This document shows positions 45,991-61,236 of a stretch of 64,000 nt of DNA, piece by piece. Every line of letters starts with the position of its first letter. The first letter of the stretch is position 1. A program made the translations under genes and the position numbers. The DNA comes from the human T2T-CHM13v2.0 reference genome, Homo sapiens, in the NCBI RefSeq assembly GCF_009914755.1, contig NC_060938.1. The stretch is one strand, 5' to 3'. The notes below the pieces were generated by a model. That model saw only the letters and a program-made list of their open reading frames with translations, searched no databases and was not told the origin of the DNA.

Positions 45991-47680
45991 ATGGAGTTCT
46001 TTCGTTGGTTTTGGGGTTTCTGGAGTTGGCTGCTTAACATGATTAGACCAAAATATGCTAAGGACTCTATTTCTAATAGTATGGAGAACACTGATAGTCC
46101 TTGGCATGAACTGTTTAGAGAGTTATGCAAAATAAATGCATTTGACACTCCTGATTCACTGCTCACGAGAGGCAAAGAGTTCAGTGATTCTATACACAAT
46201 AACTTTGACTTATGTGGAGAACCAAGGAATATAACGAAGTTTGTTGGTTGCTCCTAAGTTCACCGGACCAAAGTGGTGAAAGGAAATTATGAACTCAGGC
46301 ATTCTAACTCCCAACTTCAGAAGCAGATACTGAGCTTCAAATCTGCTAAGATTGCCCTGAGGGACAGTCTTATCTCCTGTAGAGAAAGAGCTGAAATTGT
46401 GGAAAAACAGACACAAGCTCTTATTATGCTAGTGGCTGACCTGCAATGAAAGGTGCATGCACAGCCTCGCCAGGTGTCTACTGTTAAACTGAGGGCATTG
46501 ATTGAAAAAGAATGGAACCCTGCAACTTGGAATGGGGATGATGTAGGAGCACCCTGATAAAGCTGAGGACACTGAGCTTGTAAACTCTGATAAGCCCTTT
46601 TTTTTCCAGAAGAAACAGCTTCCCCATCCCCAGTAGTGGCAACATCCTCTCCCCAATCCATGCTGCCATCAGCCTTTCCACCTTTGTCTGAGAAGATAAA
46701 CCCTGTGCTGCCTGAGGCAACAGTGATAGCCTCCCCTGAGGCAGTTGCCAGGCAAGATAATATTTATTCTCCTAAGGAGCCACCCCCAACACCCCTGTTT
46801 GCTTCTAGACCTATAACTAAAGTCCCATTAGGCCCCTAGAGGTGAAGTTCAGAGTGTGACCCTCATGGGTCACACTCTACAATTGAAAAGAACTGCTTGA
46901 GTTTTCTAATTTATATAAGCAGAAATGTGGAGAAGAGGCATGAGAATGGATATTAAGTGTGTGGGATAATGGTGGAAGAAACATAGAGTTAGATCAGGCT
47001 GAATTTACGGATTTGGGCCCACTAAGTAGGGACTCTGCTTTTAATGTTGCAGCTCAGAGAGTTAAAAAATGTTCTGATAGTTTATTTGCTTGCTTAGCTG
47101 AAATATGGATTAAAAGATGGCCCACTGTGAGCAAGCTGGAAATGCCTCATCTCCCCTGGTTTAATGCAGAGAAAGGAATCCAAAGGCTTAGGGAGATTGG
47201 GGATGGTGGAGTGGATTATTCACTTTAGACCTATTCATCCCAGCTGGGAGGGTCCAGAAGATATACCCTTGACCAATGCTTTGCAAAATAGGTTTGTGAA
47301 GGCAGCACCTGCATCTTTGAAGAGCTGTGTAATTGCTCTTCTCTGCATGTCAGATCTAACAGTGGGAACTGCAGTCATTCACTATTAAATTTAAATACAA
47401 TGGGAATAATTGGATCCCAAGGTGGCAGGGGCCAAGTGGAGGCACTCAGCTATCAAAGATAAGGGGGGCATAGCTACCATAATGGACATCAGAGGCAAAG
47501 CAGCAATCAGAATAGTGTGACTCATGTAGAGCTCTGGCATTGGCTAATTAATCATGGTGTTCCTGGAAGTGAAATTGATAGGAAGCCTACTGCATTCCTA
47601 CTAAATTTATATAAGCAAGCAGAAAGCTTCCTGGACAAATGGACAAAAGACTAACTAGAATTATAAAAACAGAGAATAAT
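45991..47680 (+). pseudogene. gag: HERV-L gag (fragmented)
   Basis: ORF fragments 45991..46257, 46636..46839, 46959..47228, 47164..47388 (DSPWHELF, WDNGGRNI). Confidence 0.8.
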
Positions 47681-47879
47681 GGCCCCTCAATCAGTTTCTA
47701 GACTTGAGCCAGTTTACAGACCCAGAACCTCTTGAATTAAGGGGAGGCCGGGTCCCCTTAAAGAAGGACCCCATTACGTTACCGACAATTTATGCCATTA
47801 ATCTTTCTCCCATCCTTCCCCAAGCAGACCTCCGGTCTTTTACCCAGGTAATTGTTCACTAGGGAAACAGAAATGATAA

Positions 47880-50800
47880 GACATTTCAGAGACTACTGAA
47901 CACTGGCTCTGAGCTGACATTGATTCCAGGGGACTCAAAATGTCATTGTGGTCCTCCAGTTAAAGTAGGGGCTTACGGAGGTCAGGTAATTAATGGAGTT
48001 TTAGCTCAGGTCTGGCTTACAGTGAGTCCAATGGGTCCCCAGACTCATCCTGTGGTCATTTTTCCAATGCCAGAATACATAATTGGTACGGACATACTCA
48101 GCAGCTGGCAGAACCCCCACATTAGCTCCCTCACTGGTAGGGTGAGGGCTACTATGCTAGGAAAAGCCAAATGGAAACCATTAGAGCTGCCTCTACCTAG
48201 AAAAATAGTAAATTAAAAACAATATCACACTCCTGGAGGGATTGTAGAAATTAGTGTCACCATCAAGGACTTGAAAGATTTCTACCACATCCCCATTCAA
48301 CTCTGCCGTTTTGCCTTTGCAGAAGACAGATGGATCTTGGAGAATGACAGTGGATTATTTTAAGCTTAACCAAGTGGTGATTCCAATTGCAGCTGCTGTA
48401 TCATGTGTGGTTTCATTGCTTGAGCAAATTAACACATCTCTTGGTACCTGGTATGCAGCCACTGACTGGGAAAATGCCTTTTTCTCCATTCCTGTACATA
48501 AGGCCCACCAGAAGCAATTTGCCTTCAGCTGGCAAGGCCACCAATATACCATGACTGTCCTACCTTTGGGATACATCAACTATCCAGCTTTGTGTAATAA
48601 TCTTATTTGGAGAGAACTTGATCGCTTTTCACTTCTGCAAGATATCACACTGGTCCATTACGTTGATGATATTATGCTGACTGGATCCAGTGAGTGAGAA
48701 ATAGCAAACACACTGGACTTATTGGTGAGACATTTGCATGCCAGAGGATGGGAAATAAATTCGACTAAAGTTCAGGGACTCTCTACCTCACTAAAATTTC
48801 TAGGAGTTCAGAGGTGTGGGGCCTGTCAAAATATTCCTTCTAAGGTGAAGGATAAGTTGCTGCATTTGGCCACTCCTACAGCCAAGAAAGAGGCCCAATG
48901 CCTAGTGGGCCTGTTTGGATTTTGGAGGCAACACATTCCTTATTTGGGTGTGTTACTCCAGCCCATTTATCAAGTGACCCGAAAGGATGCCAGTTTTGAG
49001 TGGGGTCCAGAACAGGAGAAGGCTCTGCAACAGGTCCAGGCTGCTGTGCAAGCTACTCTACCACTTGGGCCACATGACCCAGCAGATCCAATGGTGCTTG
49101 AGGTGTCAGTGGCAGATAGGGCTGCTGTTTGGAGCCTTTGTCAGGCCCCCATACGTGAATCACAGCAAAGACCTCTAGGAATTTGGAGCAAGTCACTGCC
49201 ATCTTCTGCAAATAACTACTCTCCTTCTGAGAGACAACTCGGCCTGTTGCTGGGCTTTGCTGGAAACCGAATGTTTGACTACGGGCCATCAAGTCACCAT
49301 GTGACCTGAACTGCCTATCATGAACTGGGTGCTTTCTGGCCTATTGAGCCATAAAGTGGGTCATGCACAGCAACATTCCGTCATCAAATGGAAGTGGTAT
49401 ATACATGATGGACTTGAGCAGGTCCTGAAGGCACAAGTTAAGTTACGTGAGGAAGTGGCTCAAATGCCCATGGTCTCCACTCCTGCCACCCTGCCTTCTC
49501 TCTTCCAGCTGGGGAGTTCTTTATGATCAGTTGACAGAGGAAGAGAAGGCTAGGGACTGGTTCACAGATGGTTCTGCGTGATATGAAGGCACCACCCAAA
49601 AGCGGACAGCTGCAGCACAACAGCCCCTTTCTAGGATATCTCTGAAGAACAGTCATGAAAAGAAATCTTCCCAGTGGGCAGAACTGTGAGCAATGCACCT
49701 GTTTGTGCACTTTGCATAGATAGAAAAATGCCCAGATGTGCAATTATATACTGATTCATGGGCTGTAGCCAATGGTTTGGCTGGATGGTCAGGAACTTGA
49801 AAGAAGCATGATTGGAAAATTGGTGACAAAGAAATCTGGGGAATAGGTATGTGGATAAACTTCTCTGAGTGGTCAAAAACTGTGAAGATATTTGTATCCC
49901 ATGTGAGTGCTCACCAATGGGTGACCTCAGCAGAGGAGGATTTTAATAATCAAGTGGACAGGATGACCCATTCTGTGGATACCACTCAGCCTTTTTTCCC
50001 AGCCACCTCTGCATCCACCCAATGGGCCCATGAACAAAGTGGCCATGGTGGCAGGGATGAAGGTTTCGCATGGGCTCATCAATATGGACTTCCACTCACC
50101 AAGGCTGACCTGGCTACAGCCACTGCTGAGTGCCCAATTTCCCATCAGCAGAGACCAACACTGAGGCCTCAATATGGCACCATTCCTCAGGGTGATCAGC
50201 CAGCTACGTGGTGGCTGGTTGATTATATTGGACCTCTTCATGGAAAGGGCAGAGGTTTGTTCTCACTGGAACAGATATTTACTCCAGATATGAGTTTGTC
50301 TATCCTGCATGCAATGATTCTGCCAAGACTACCACCCATGGACTCACGGAATGCCTTATCCACCGTCATGGTATTCCACACAGCATTGCCTCTGACCAAG
50401 GCACTCACTTTATGGCTAAAGAAGTGCAGCAGTGGGCTCATGGTCACGGGATTCACTAGTCTTACCATGTTCTCCATCATCCTGAAGCACCTGGATGCAT
50501 CTGGTTGTGCACTTTGCATAGAAGGAAAAACGCCCAGATGTGCGATCTGATAGATCTGATAAGCATCTGATAGAATGGTGGAATGGCCTTTTGAAGTCAC
50601 AATTACAATGCCAACTAGGAGACAATAATTTGCAGGGCTGGGGCAAAGTTCTCCAGAAGGCCGTGTATGCTCTGAATCAGCATCCAATATATGGTACTGT
50701 TCCTCCCATAGCCAGGATTCATGGGTTCAGGAATCTAGGGGTGGAAGTGAAAGTGGCATTACTCACCATCACCCCTAGTGATCCACTAGCAAAATTTTTG

Positions 50801-51214
50801 CTTCCTGTTCCCACAACATTATGTTCTGCTGGCCTAGACGTCTTAGTTCCAGAGGGAGGAATACTGCCACCAGGAGACACAACAATGATTCCATTAAACT
50901 GGAAGTTAAGATTGCCACCTGGACACTTTGGGCTCCTCCTACCCTTAAGTTAGCAGGCTAAGAAGGGAGTTACAGTATTGGCTGGGGTGATTGACCCAAA
51001 CCATCAAGATAAAATCTGTCTACTATTCCACAATGGAGGTAAGGAAGAGTATGCGTGGAATACAGGAGATCCATTAGGGTGTCTCTTAGTATTATCATGC
51101 CCTGTGATTAAGGTCAATGGGAAACTACAAGAGTCCAATCCAGGCAGGACTACAAATGCCCCAGACCCTTTAGGAATGAAGGTTCGGTTCACTCCACCAG
51201 GAAAAAAACCATGA
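47880..51214 (+). pseudogene. pol: HERV-L pro-pol (protease, RT, RNase H, integrase) and dUTPase-like region, disrupted
   Basis: LLNTGS (catalytic D changed to N), WRMTVDY, YVDD at about 48659, WFTDGS, VDYIGPL, PPGHFGLL / GVIDP; many stops and frameshifts; no env. Confidence 0.88.
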
Positions 51215-51652
51215 CCTTCTGTGGTGCTTGCTGAAGGAAAAGGGAATACAGAATAAGTAGCAGAAGAAGGTAGTCATCAATACCAGCTATGACCACGTGA
51301 CCAGTTGCAGAAACGAGGACTGTAATTGTCATGAATATTTCCTACTTCTTTTGTTTAAAACATGCTTGTTCAAGTAAATACTTGTACTAAGAAAATATCT
51401 TCAATTTATTTCCTTTTCTTATCATGTGACATAATATTTGTTGACTTCATATCAGGATTTCAGTATTGTTAACTCTATGTAACAGCATTTGGGTTGGGGA
51501 TTGGTGCATTTCCAGTTGTATGAAGGATAGCTGTATTATCTTAGGCATACTCATGACCTTATTATTGTCTTTATTTGAAGATTATATACGCTCTCAGGAG
51601 ATGTGTATGGGTTCAGGTTGACAAGGGGTGGATTTGTGATGGTTAATACTGA

Positions 51653-51714
<62 letters not shown>

Positions 51715-54518
51715 CCTATGAGTTCTCTCTAGAGAACCCTGACTAATACAGGGAAGCAAACACATTCTTCTTCACATGGTGGCAGGAAGGAGGAGTGCTG
51801 AGCAAAAGGGGAAAAGCCCCTTATAAAACCATCATATCTCATGAGAACTCACTCACTATCACAAGAACAGCAGCATGTGGTTAATCACCCCCATGATTCA
51901 ATTACCTCCCCCCAGGTCCCTCCCATGACACATGGGGATTATGGGAACTACAATTCAAGATGAGATTTGGGTGGGGACACAGCCAAACCATATTATTCCA
52001 CTCTTGGCCCCTCCCAAATCTCATGTCCTCACATTTCAAAACACAATCATGCCTTTCCAACAGTCCCCCAAAGTCTTAATTCATTCCAGCATTAACCCAA
52101 AGTCCAAATCCAAAGTCTTACCTGAGACAAGGCAAGTCCTTTCCATGTATGAACCTGTAAAATCAAAAGCAAGTTAGTTACTTCCTAGATATAATGGAAG
52201 TACAGACATTGGGTAAATACACCTGTTCCAAATGGGAGAAATTGGCCAAAACAAAAGGGCTACAGGCCCATGCAAGTCCAAAATCCAGCAGGGCAGTCAA
52301 ATCTTAAAGCTCTGAAATGATCTCCTTTGATTCCATGTCTCACATCCAGGTCGCACTGAGACAAGAAGTGGGTTCCCATGGCCTTGGTCAGCTGTGCCCT
52401 GTGGCTTTGCAGGGTACATCCCTCTTCCCGGCTGCTTTCATGAGCTGGTATTGAGTGTCTGCAACTTTTCCAGGTGCACAGTGCAAGCTATCGGTGATCT
52501 ACCATTCTGGGGTCTGGAGGACAGTGGCCCTCTTCTCATAGCTCCACTAGGCAGTGCCCCAGTGGGGACTCCATGTTGGGGCTCCAACCCCACATTTACC
52601 CTCTGCACTGCCCTAGCAGAGGTTCTCAATTAGGACCACACCCCTGCAGCAAAATTCTGCCTGGACATCCAAGCTTTTCCATACATCCTCTGAAATCTAG
52701 ACAGAGGCTCCCAAACCTCAATTCTTGACTTCTGGGCACCTGCAGGGTCAACACCACATAGAAGCTGCCAAGGCTTGGGGCTTGCACCCTCTTGAGCCAT
52801 GGCCTGAGCTACACCTTGGCTGCTTTTAGCCATGGCTGGAGCTGCTGGGACACAAGGTACCAAGTCCCTAGATTGCACACATGGGCCTGGCCCATGAAAT
52901 GATTTTTATTCTCCTAGGCCTCCAGGCCAGTGATGGGAGGAGCTGCCCACAAAGGTCTCTGACATGCCCTTGAGACATTTTCCCCATTATCTTGGAGAAG
53001 AACATTTGGCTCCTTGTTACTTGTGCAAATTTCTACAGTAGGCTTGAATTTCTCCTCAGAAAATGGGTTTTTCTTTTCTATCGCATTGTTAGGCTGCAAA
53101 TTTTCCAAACTTTTACGCTTCGCTTCCCTTTTAAACATAAGTTCTAATTCCAAACCATATCTTTGTGAATACATGAAACTGAATGCTTTTACTAGCACCC
53201 AACTCACATCTTGAATGCTTTGCTGCTTAGAAATTTCTTCTGCCAGATATCCTAAATTATGTCTCTTCAGTGATCTGTAGGGCAGGGGTAAAACACTGCC
53301 AGTCTCTTTAATAAAACATAGCAAAAGTCACCTTTATTTCAGTTCCCAACAAGTTCCTTATCTCCATCTGAGACCACCTCACCCTGGACTTCATCATCCA
53401 TATCATTATCAGCCTTTTAGTCAAAGCCATTCAGTAAGTCTCTAGGAAGTTCCAAACTTTCTCACATCTTTCTGTTGTCTTCAGAGCTTTCCAAACTGTT
53501 CCAACCTCTGCCTGTTACCCAGTTCCGGTCACTTCCAAGTTTGGGGTATCTTTACGGTAGTGCCCCACTCCCAGTACCAATTTACTGTACTAGTCCATTC
53601 TGATGCTGCTACAAGAACTTCCTGAGACTACGTAAGCTATAAAGGAAAGAGGTTTAACTGACTCACAGTCCTGCAGGGCTTGGAAGGCCTCAGGAAGCAA
53701 ACATGTTCTTCTTCACTTGATGGCAGGAAGAGGAAGTGCTGAGCAAAGGGAGAAAAGTCCCTTATACATCCATGATCTCCTGAGACCTCACTCGCTAACA
53801 TGAGAACAGCAGCATGGGAGTAATCAGCCCCATAATACAATTACCTCCCACTGGTTCCTTCCACAACACCTGGGGTTTATGGAAACTACAATGCAAAATG
53901 AGATTTTGGTGGGGACACAGCCAAACTGTATTAGTGCCCAATGCCACAAAAGCTAGACAGTATTTGGAGCAAATGCTAAATTGTCTTCCTAGCAATTATA
54001 CGGAAATGAGTAATATGGTTATTTTAGGGATACATAAAGAAAAGATTAAAGTAGGGATCATTTAACACCTTTAATGAACACTTTTCATGAAATAAGGAAA
54101 GATAATTGCCAAGTCTACTAACGTCTCAAACAAATAGAAAAAAAGTTATAAACAATTATCAGGTAACTGAAGAGTCAAAGTACCCTAGGCCAATAGGAAG
54201 AAGTACAAAAATATAACTGAACAAAGAGGAATATATATTCACTACAGAAGCCAGTAATCTCTGTTTAAAACATTTCTCATTTTCTAAGATTTCAATCATA
54301 TTACTTTCACACTTAGAAACAATTTTGACATTTTATAATAAGAAAAACAAGGCAGTAATCAAAACAAAGTGGAAGACTAGAGTAGAAAGAAGTTACTACT
54401 CTAGAAATCTCCTAGATTTAATGGAACAATCACAAAACCACTTTGAGTGTGGTAATAATTTAAGTATGATAATAATAGAAAGAGTATTATTTTTGTGGTT
54501 TTAAAAGAGGTATATAGA

Positions 54519-56904
<2,386 letters not shown>

Positions 56905-57289
56905 AAAAGAGGTATATAGACATTACTCCTAACAGCTGAAACAATTTACCCAAAAGACATTTTGCTTTCTATAACACACAATCTCAAAAAGAAGTAAACA
57001 TATTTATGTCTTGGAAGAATAGATTTTTTGAATAATATAATTATTCTGCAACTATAATGTAAACCTGTACTACTACATAAGAAATGTAATAGCGGGAGTT
57101 ACATTTACCATTTTGTTCATAGGTAGAAGAATAGAAAAAAAAACACAAAAATGGGAATAAGGCAGAACTAGAGGTGGGGTAAACATCACCAAAAGATCAT
57201 AGACTGTGAGGCTCAGAAGAAGCTTTAGACATCACCGGTGCCATTACTTTTGAGTGAAGCAGTTAAATATCACTTGGCTTTTATCATTT

Positions 57290-57353
57290 CAAGAAAGAAA
57301 GAAGGAAAGAAAGATGGAAGGAAGGAAGGAAGGAAGGAAGGAAGGAAGGAAGG

Positions 57354-57412
<59 letters not shown>

Positions 57413-57486
57413 GGAAGGAAGGAAGGAGAAAAGAAAAGGAAGGATGGAAGGAAGGAAGGAAGGAAGGAAGGAAGGAAAGAAAGAAA

Positions 57487-57522
<36 letters not shown>

Positions 57523-57647
57523 GAAAGAAAGAAAGAGAAAGAAAGAAAGAGAAAAGGAAAGAAAAGAAAAGAAGGAAGGAAGGAAAGAAAGAAAGAAACA
57601 AAAAGAAAGAAAGAGAAAGAAAAGGAAGGAAGGAAGGAAAGAAAGGA

Positions 57648-57691
<44 letters not shown>

Positions 57692-57739
57692 AAAGAAAGA
57701 GAAAGAAAGAGAAAAAGAAAGAGAGACAGAAAGAGAAAA
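57290..57739. repeat. Complex (GAAA)n/(GGAA)n polypurine tract of about 450 bp
   Basis: Direct reading. Confidence 0.97.
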
Positions 57740-59499
57740 CATCTACCTCTTTTTTGAAGACAATTCCTCTAGCTCCATCATGGAGTGATTGCTTTCCAAG
57801 CCTACCAGACAAGTGATTCCCCAAGATTTCTTTCCACTTACCTCCTGGATTAGGTTCACTATTTCTTAGATTTCATAATTTTCTCTTTCTTGCACTTCGT
57901 TTTTCTTTAGCTAAAACTCATTCTTGCATAACTTTTAAATAAAATGTACATAAAAAGTAAACTTGCTAAGCCCATATATCCCTAGAAATATCTCTAAACT
58001 GCCTCACACTTAACAGTATCAAAGCTTCTGATGATCATTGCCTCTCAGAACCCTGTGGGACTACTCTGTTGTCATTCAGCATCCAGTGTACTTGAGGGGC
58101 AATGTGATGCCATTCTGATTCCTGTTCCTTTGTAGGTAACCTGTTCTTTAGAATCTTCTTGTTTTCTTTGGTATCTTAGAATTTCACAGAGATATAGCTC
58201 ATCAAGTCTCAGTCAGCCCCATCTTTTTAATATAAAGGTTTGTGTCATCTTTAAGGTGCAGCAAAACTTTTGTTTTTACTTATTTTTTTCTGTTCTTTTT
58301 CACTGAAAATTCTATTAGACAGATATAACGAATCACTCATATTGATCACCAATGCGTCACTATTTTTTATCTCATATTTTACTACTTTTTGGCTTTTAGC
58401 TCATATTTGGGATGTTTCCTTGATTGGTTTTTCTCCAGCTCTACTTTTGGATAATTATTTTTATTTCAGAAAACATTTTTTTTCATTTCAATACTCTTTG
58501 TTTTATGATTATTCCTTTTTAATAGCAGCATCTGAGCTATGATTCAAATCCCTCTGTGAACTTAATTACAGCTTTCTAAATTATCTTGTTTCCTGAAGTA
58601 TCCTGACAGTTACATTTGTTTGATCCCTGTTTTTGTTGTTGGCTCACTGGACACATTGGAAAGATTCTTGATGGCTTTTTGTTAATATTTGTCAGTGATG
58701 ACTAAATTAATTGCTATCAGTGGCTGAAAGGAAATTTATCTGCCATTACATGATATAGGTCAAGTATTTCCCCTGCATGGAAGAGCTGACTGCAACTTCT
58801 GTGACTGTGTCAGGGTATGTCCTCTGGCAAGTTCATTTTAGGATGAATAATGAAGATTAAGCATGCCAACTGGATGCCACTCTCCATGCTAACATAAGGA
58901 GAACTCTATTCCACAGCACAAACTAGGAACCCTAGGCCTGGATAGACAGGTTAATTTTTGTGGTAGAAAGCATATCTGTGTAGTGGTTCCCAGACAGAGA
59001 TGTGGGAGCAGGAATCATGTAGTCCAAATCATGTAGTCCAGCAAGTGGTACTCTGTGAGAGAAGGAGGAAGGGAAGTAGGGGTATAGGCAGTAAATTAAA
59101 AATCTGTTAAATATACCACTATTTTCACCACATATAAATAAACGTTAAGAAAAGATATATTCCTGATAAATGTTTATTATAAGCCATACAGTAAATACTT
59201 TCAAAAATAATCAAAATTTAAGTAAATCACTAATTTTCATAGGGGAAAGGCACAGGGGTAAGAATAACTATGAAAAGAAGTAGTTAATTATGTTGCTTGG
59301 AGAGTAATAAGGGTTGCCTTATTAGAAATAATATGGTAGTTCTAAAGAAACTTTAATACATCCTCCCACTTATCTTCTTGATGTGCTTTTCACAATAAAA
59401 AAAATTATATATCAGAATTTTTCCATCTTAGAGGCCCTCTAGTTCTACTCCCTATTTGTTACATATTTGAACAAGTGGTTAACCAACATTTTGTTCTGG

Positions 59500-59680
59500 T
59501 AAATGTAGTATTTTCCAAGGCAGTCCATTCCACCTTTTGACAGTTCTATTTATTAAACATTTATCTCTTATATTGAATCAATGTATGCTCCCCATTTTTA
59601 AAATCCCACCCATTGGTTCTATACCTGGTTTCTGGAATTGCATTAGTAAGCTTCACTGTTTTCCATGTGATAACACACTG
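59500..59680 (-). mobile_element. Possible L3/CR1 remnant
   Basis: AAGGCAGTCCATTCCACCTTTTGACAGTTCTA and CCACCCATTGGTTCTA motifs. Confidence 0.5.
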
Positions 59681-61236
59681 AATGTTTGTTGGCATCTAAC
59701 ATGGTACCCTGCCTCTCCAAGCTGTATAGTCTCAGTTAATCCTGCATATAAAGAAACTCTGAAGGAATTGATTATGTGCAGATTCTCATCTTCTCTGAAA
59801 CTGCTAATGCAGTGGAAGAAAACTGGTATCAAGCAAAAAGGAAAAAAATGACATTAGTAAATAATAGAAATCCAATGTAGATTTTATAAAATAGCTGTTA
59901 AATGTCAAGCTCCTGAAAACCAAAATTATTAAGTCTTCATTTATAAGAGGATATTTTTAGTGAATAAAATATTCAATGTGAAAAGATCTTTATTTGTACA
60001 AGTAACAGTTAGTGAACTATTTTTAAAGTGAATTATCAAAGGATCTATTTTGTTCTGTATTTTCTAAAAATGTTAGTAGGAGTAATTTAGTGCCAAATAT
60101 TTTTAAAAGAAAAGGGCAAATAATTTATTTAAAGTTTTTTCTGAATTAAGATCAACTTCTTAGTGAATGAAGAATAGCTAAACTATTATTAAACTCTATG
60201 TTTTTAAGTATCTGTTCCCATACAGAATGGGTATTCTTTGAATCCAAAATGAACTTCTCTTGTTTGAAGAAAAATGTTAATATAACCACTACTGTAAATT
60301 TTATTCATGAAAAGCCATGGTGTTTAGTTACATACACCATCCCAACAACAAATCCAAGAAACTGAATTCATTTATATCTTTTCAATTACATTTTCTAATA
60401 GCACATTGTATACAAGGAAAAAAATAGTAAAGAGAATGATCATTAAAAATACTTCAAAATGTACATGTGGGGCCTTATTCATCCTTCTGTCTCTGGCTTT
60501 TGGTCCTGAGCAAAGCAGGGCAACCTGATTGTCAGGTGTCTATGGGCCGAGAAGGCCTATACCCTTCATCCTTTGAGCAAGCAATGTAGGGATTGCAGGA
60601 TTAAAGACCATCCTCTGACTCTTGTACTCCCTCCCTTTATCTTTCTCTTGGTGAGTATTGAGGTTTATAGTATCTGTATTTAATTTTCTCTGGAATAAGA
60701 AATAAGAATATTATGAAAGAAGTGAAAGAGGAATCAATTTGAATGCTACCATGGGGAAAATTGAAAACCATTTAAAGTGTCAAGGAGCAGAGCCAAATCT
60801 AAGTGTCTATGACACTTGACATTATCAAAGCAATCAGAGATCCATGGCTCTCTCTTTTAATATAAAATTCTTTTTCTTAACATTAATACTCAACTAGACA
60901 CTGATAAACAGAAGCACTTAGTAAAAAACAAATTAAATTATCCTGTTCTGTGATAATGAATGGATATTAATGTCTGTCCAATTTGAAGTCACCCAACTTC
61001 CCAGTTTCACAGTTTCTCAAGACTAAAGGCAGTTATATTAGTCCATTTTTGTATTGCTATAACAGAATACCACAAATTCGACAATTTATAATGGACAGAA
61101 ACTTTTTGGCTCACAGTTCTGAAAGCTGGGAAGTCCAAGAGCATGACACTGGCATCTGAAGACAGCCTTCATGTTGCATCATCCCATGGCAGAAAGCAAA
61201 AGGTCAAGAGAGTGCAAGAACAAGAGAGCAAGAGGG

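Larger units (their letters stand above)
45500..51750 (+). mobile_element. Near-full-length HERV-L provirus with MLT2A1 LTRs, nested in the THE1D LTR
   Basis: 5'LTR 45500-45946, PBS 45952-45969, PPT AAGGGGTGGA, deleted 3'LTR 51635-51750; TSD GGGAA at 45495-45499 and 51751-51755. Confidence 0.93.
45364..53933 (-). mobile_element. Full-length THE1D MaLR (3'LTR 45364-45499 + 51756-51995, internal 51996-53585, 5'LTR 53586-53933)
   Basis: Two THE1D-like LTRs, about 1.6-kb internal region, minus-strand PBS at 53562-53579; followed by GTGCC. Confidence 0.88.

Noticed and set aside
57238-57824. Long K/E/R-rich and F/L/S-rich ORFs (114-192 aa)
   Set aside because: Stop-free translation of the GAAA/GGAA microsatellite; the same applies to 39815-40166.
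59012-59040. 14-bp tandem duplication AATCATGTAGTCCA
   Set aside because: Ordinary slippage duplication.
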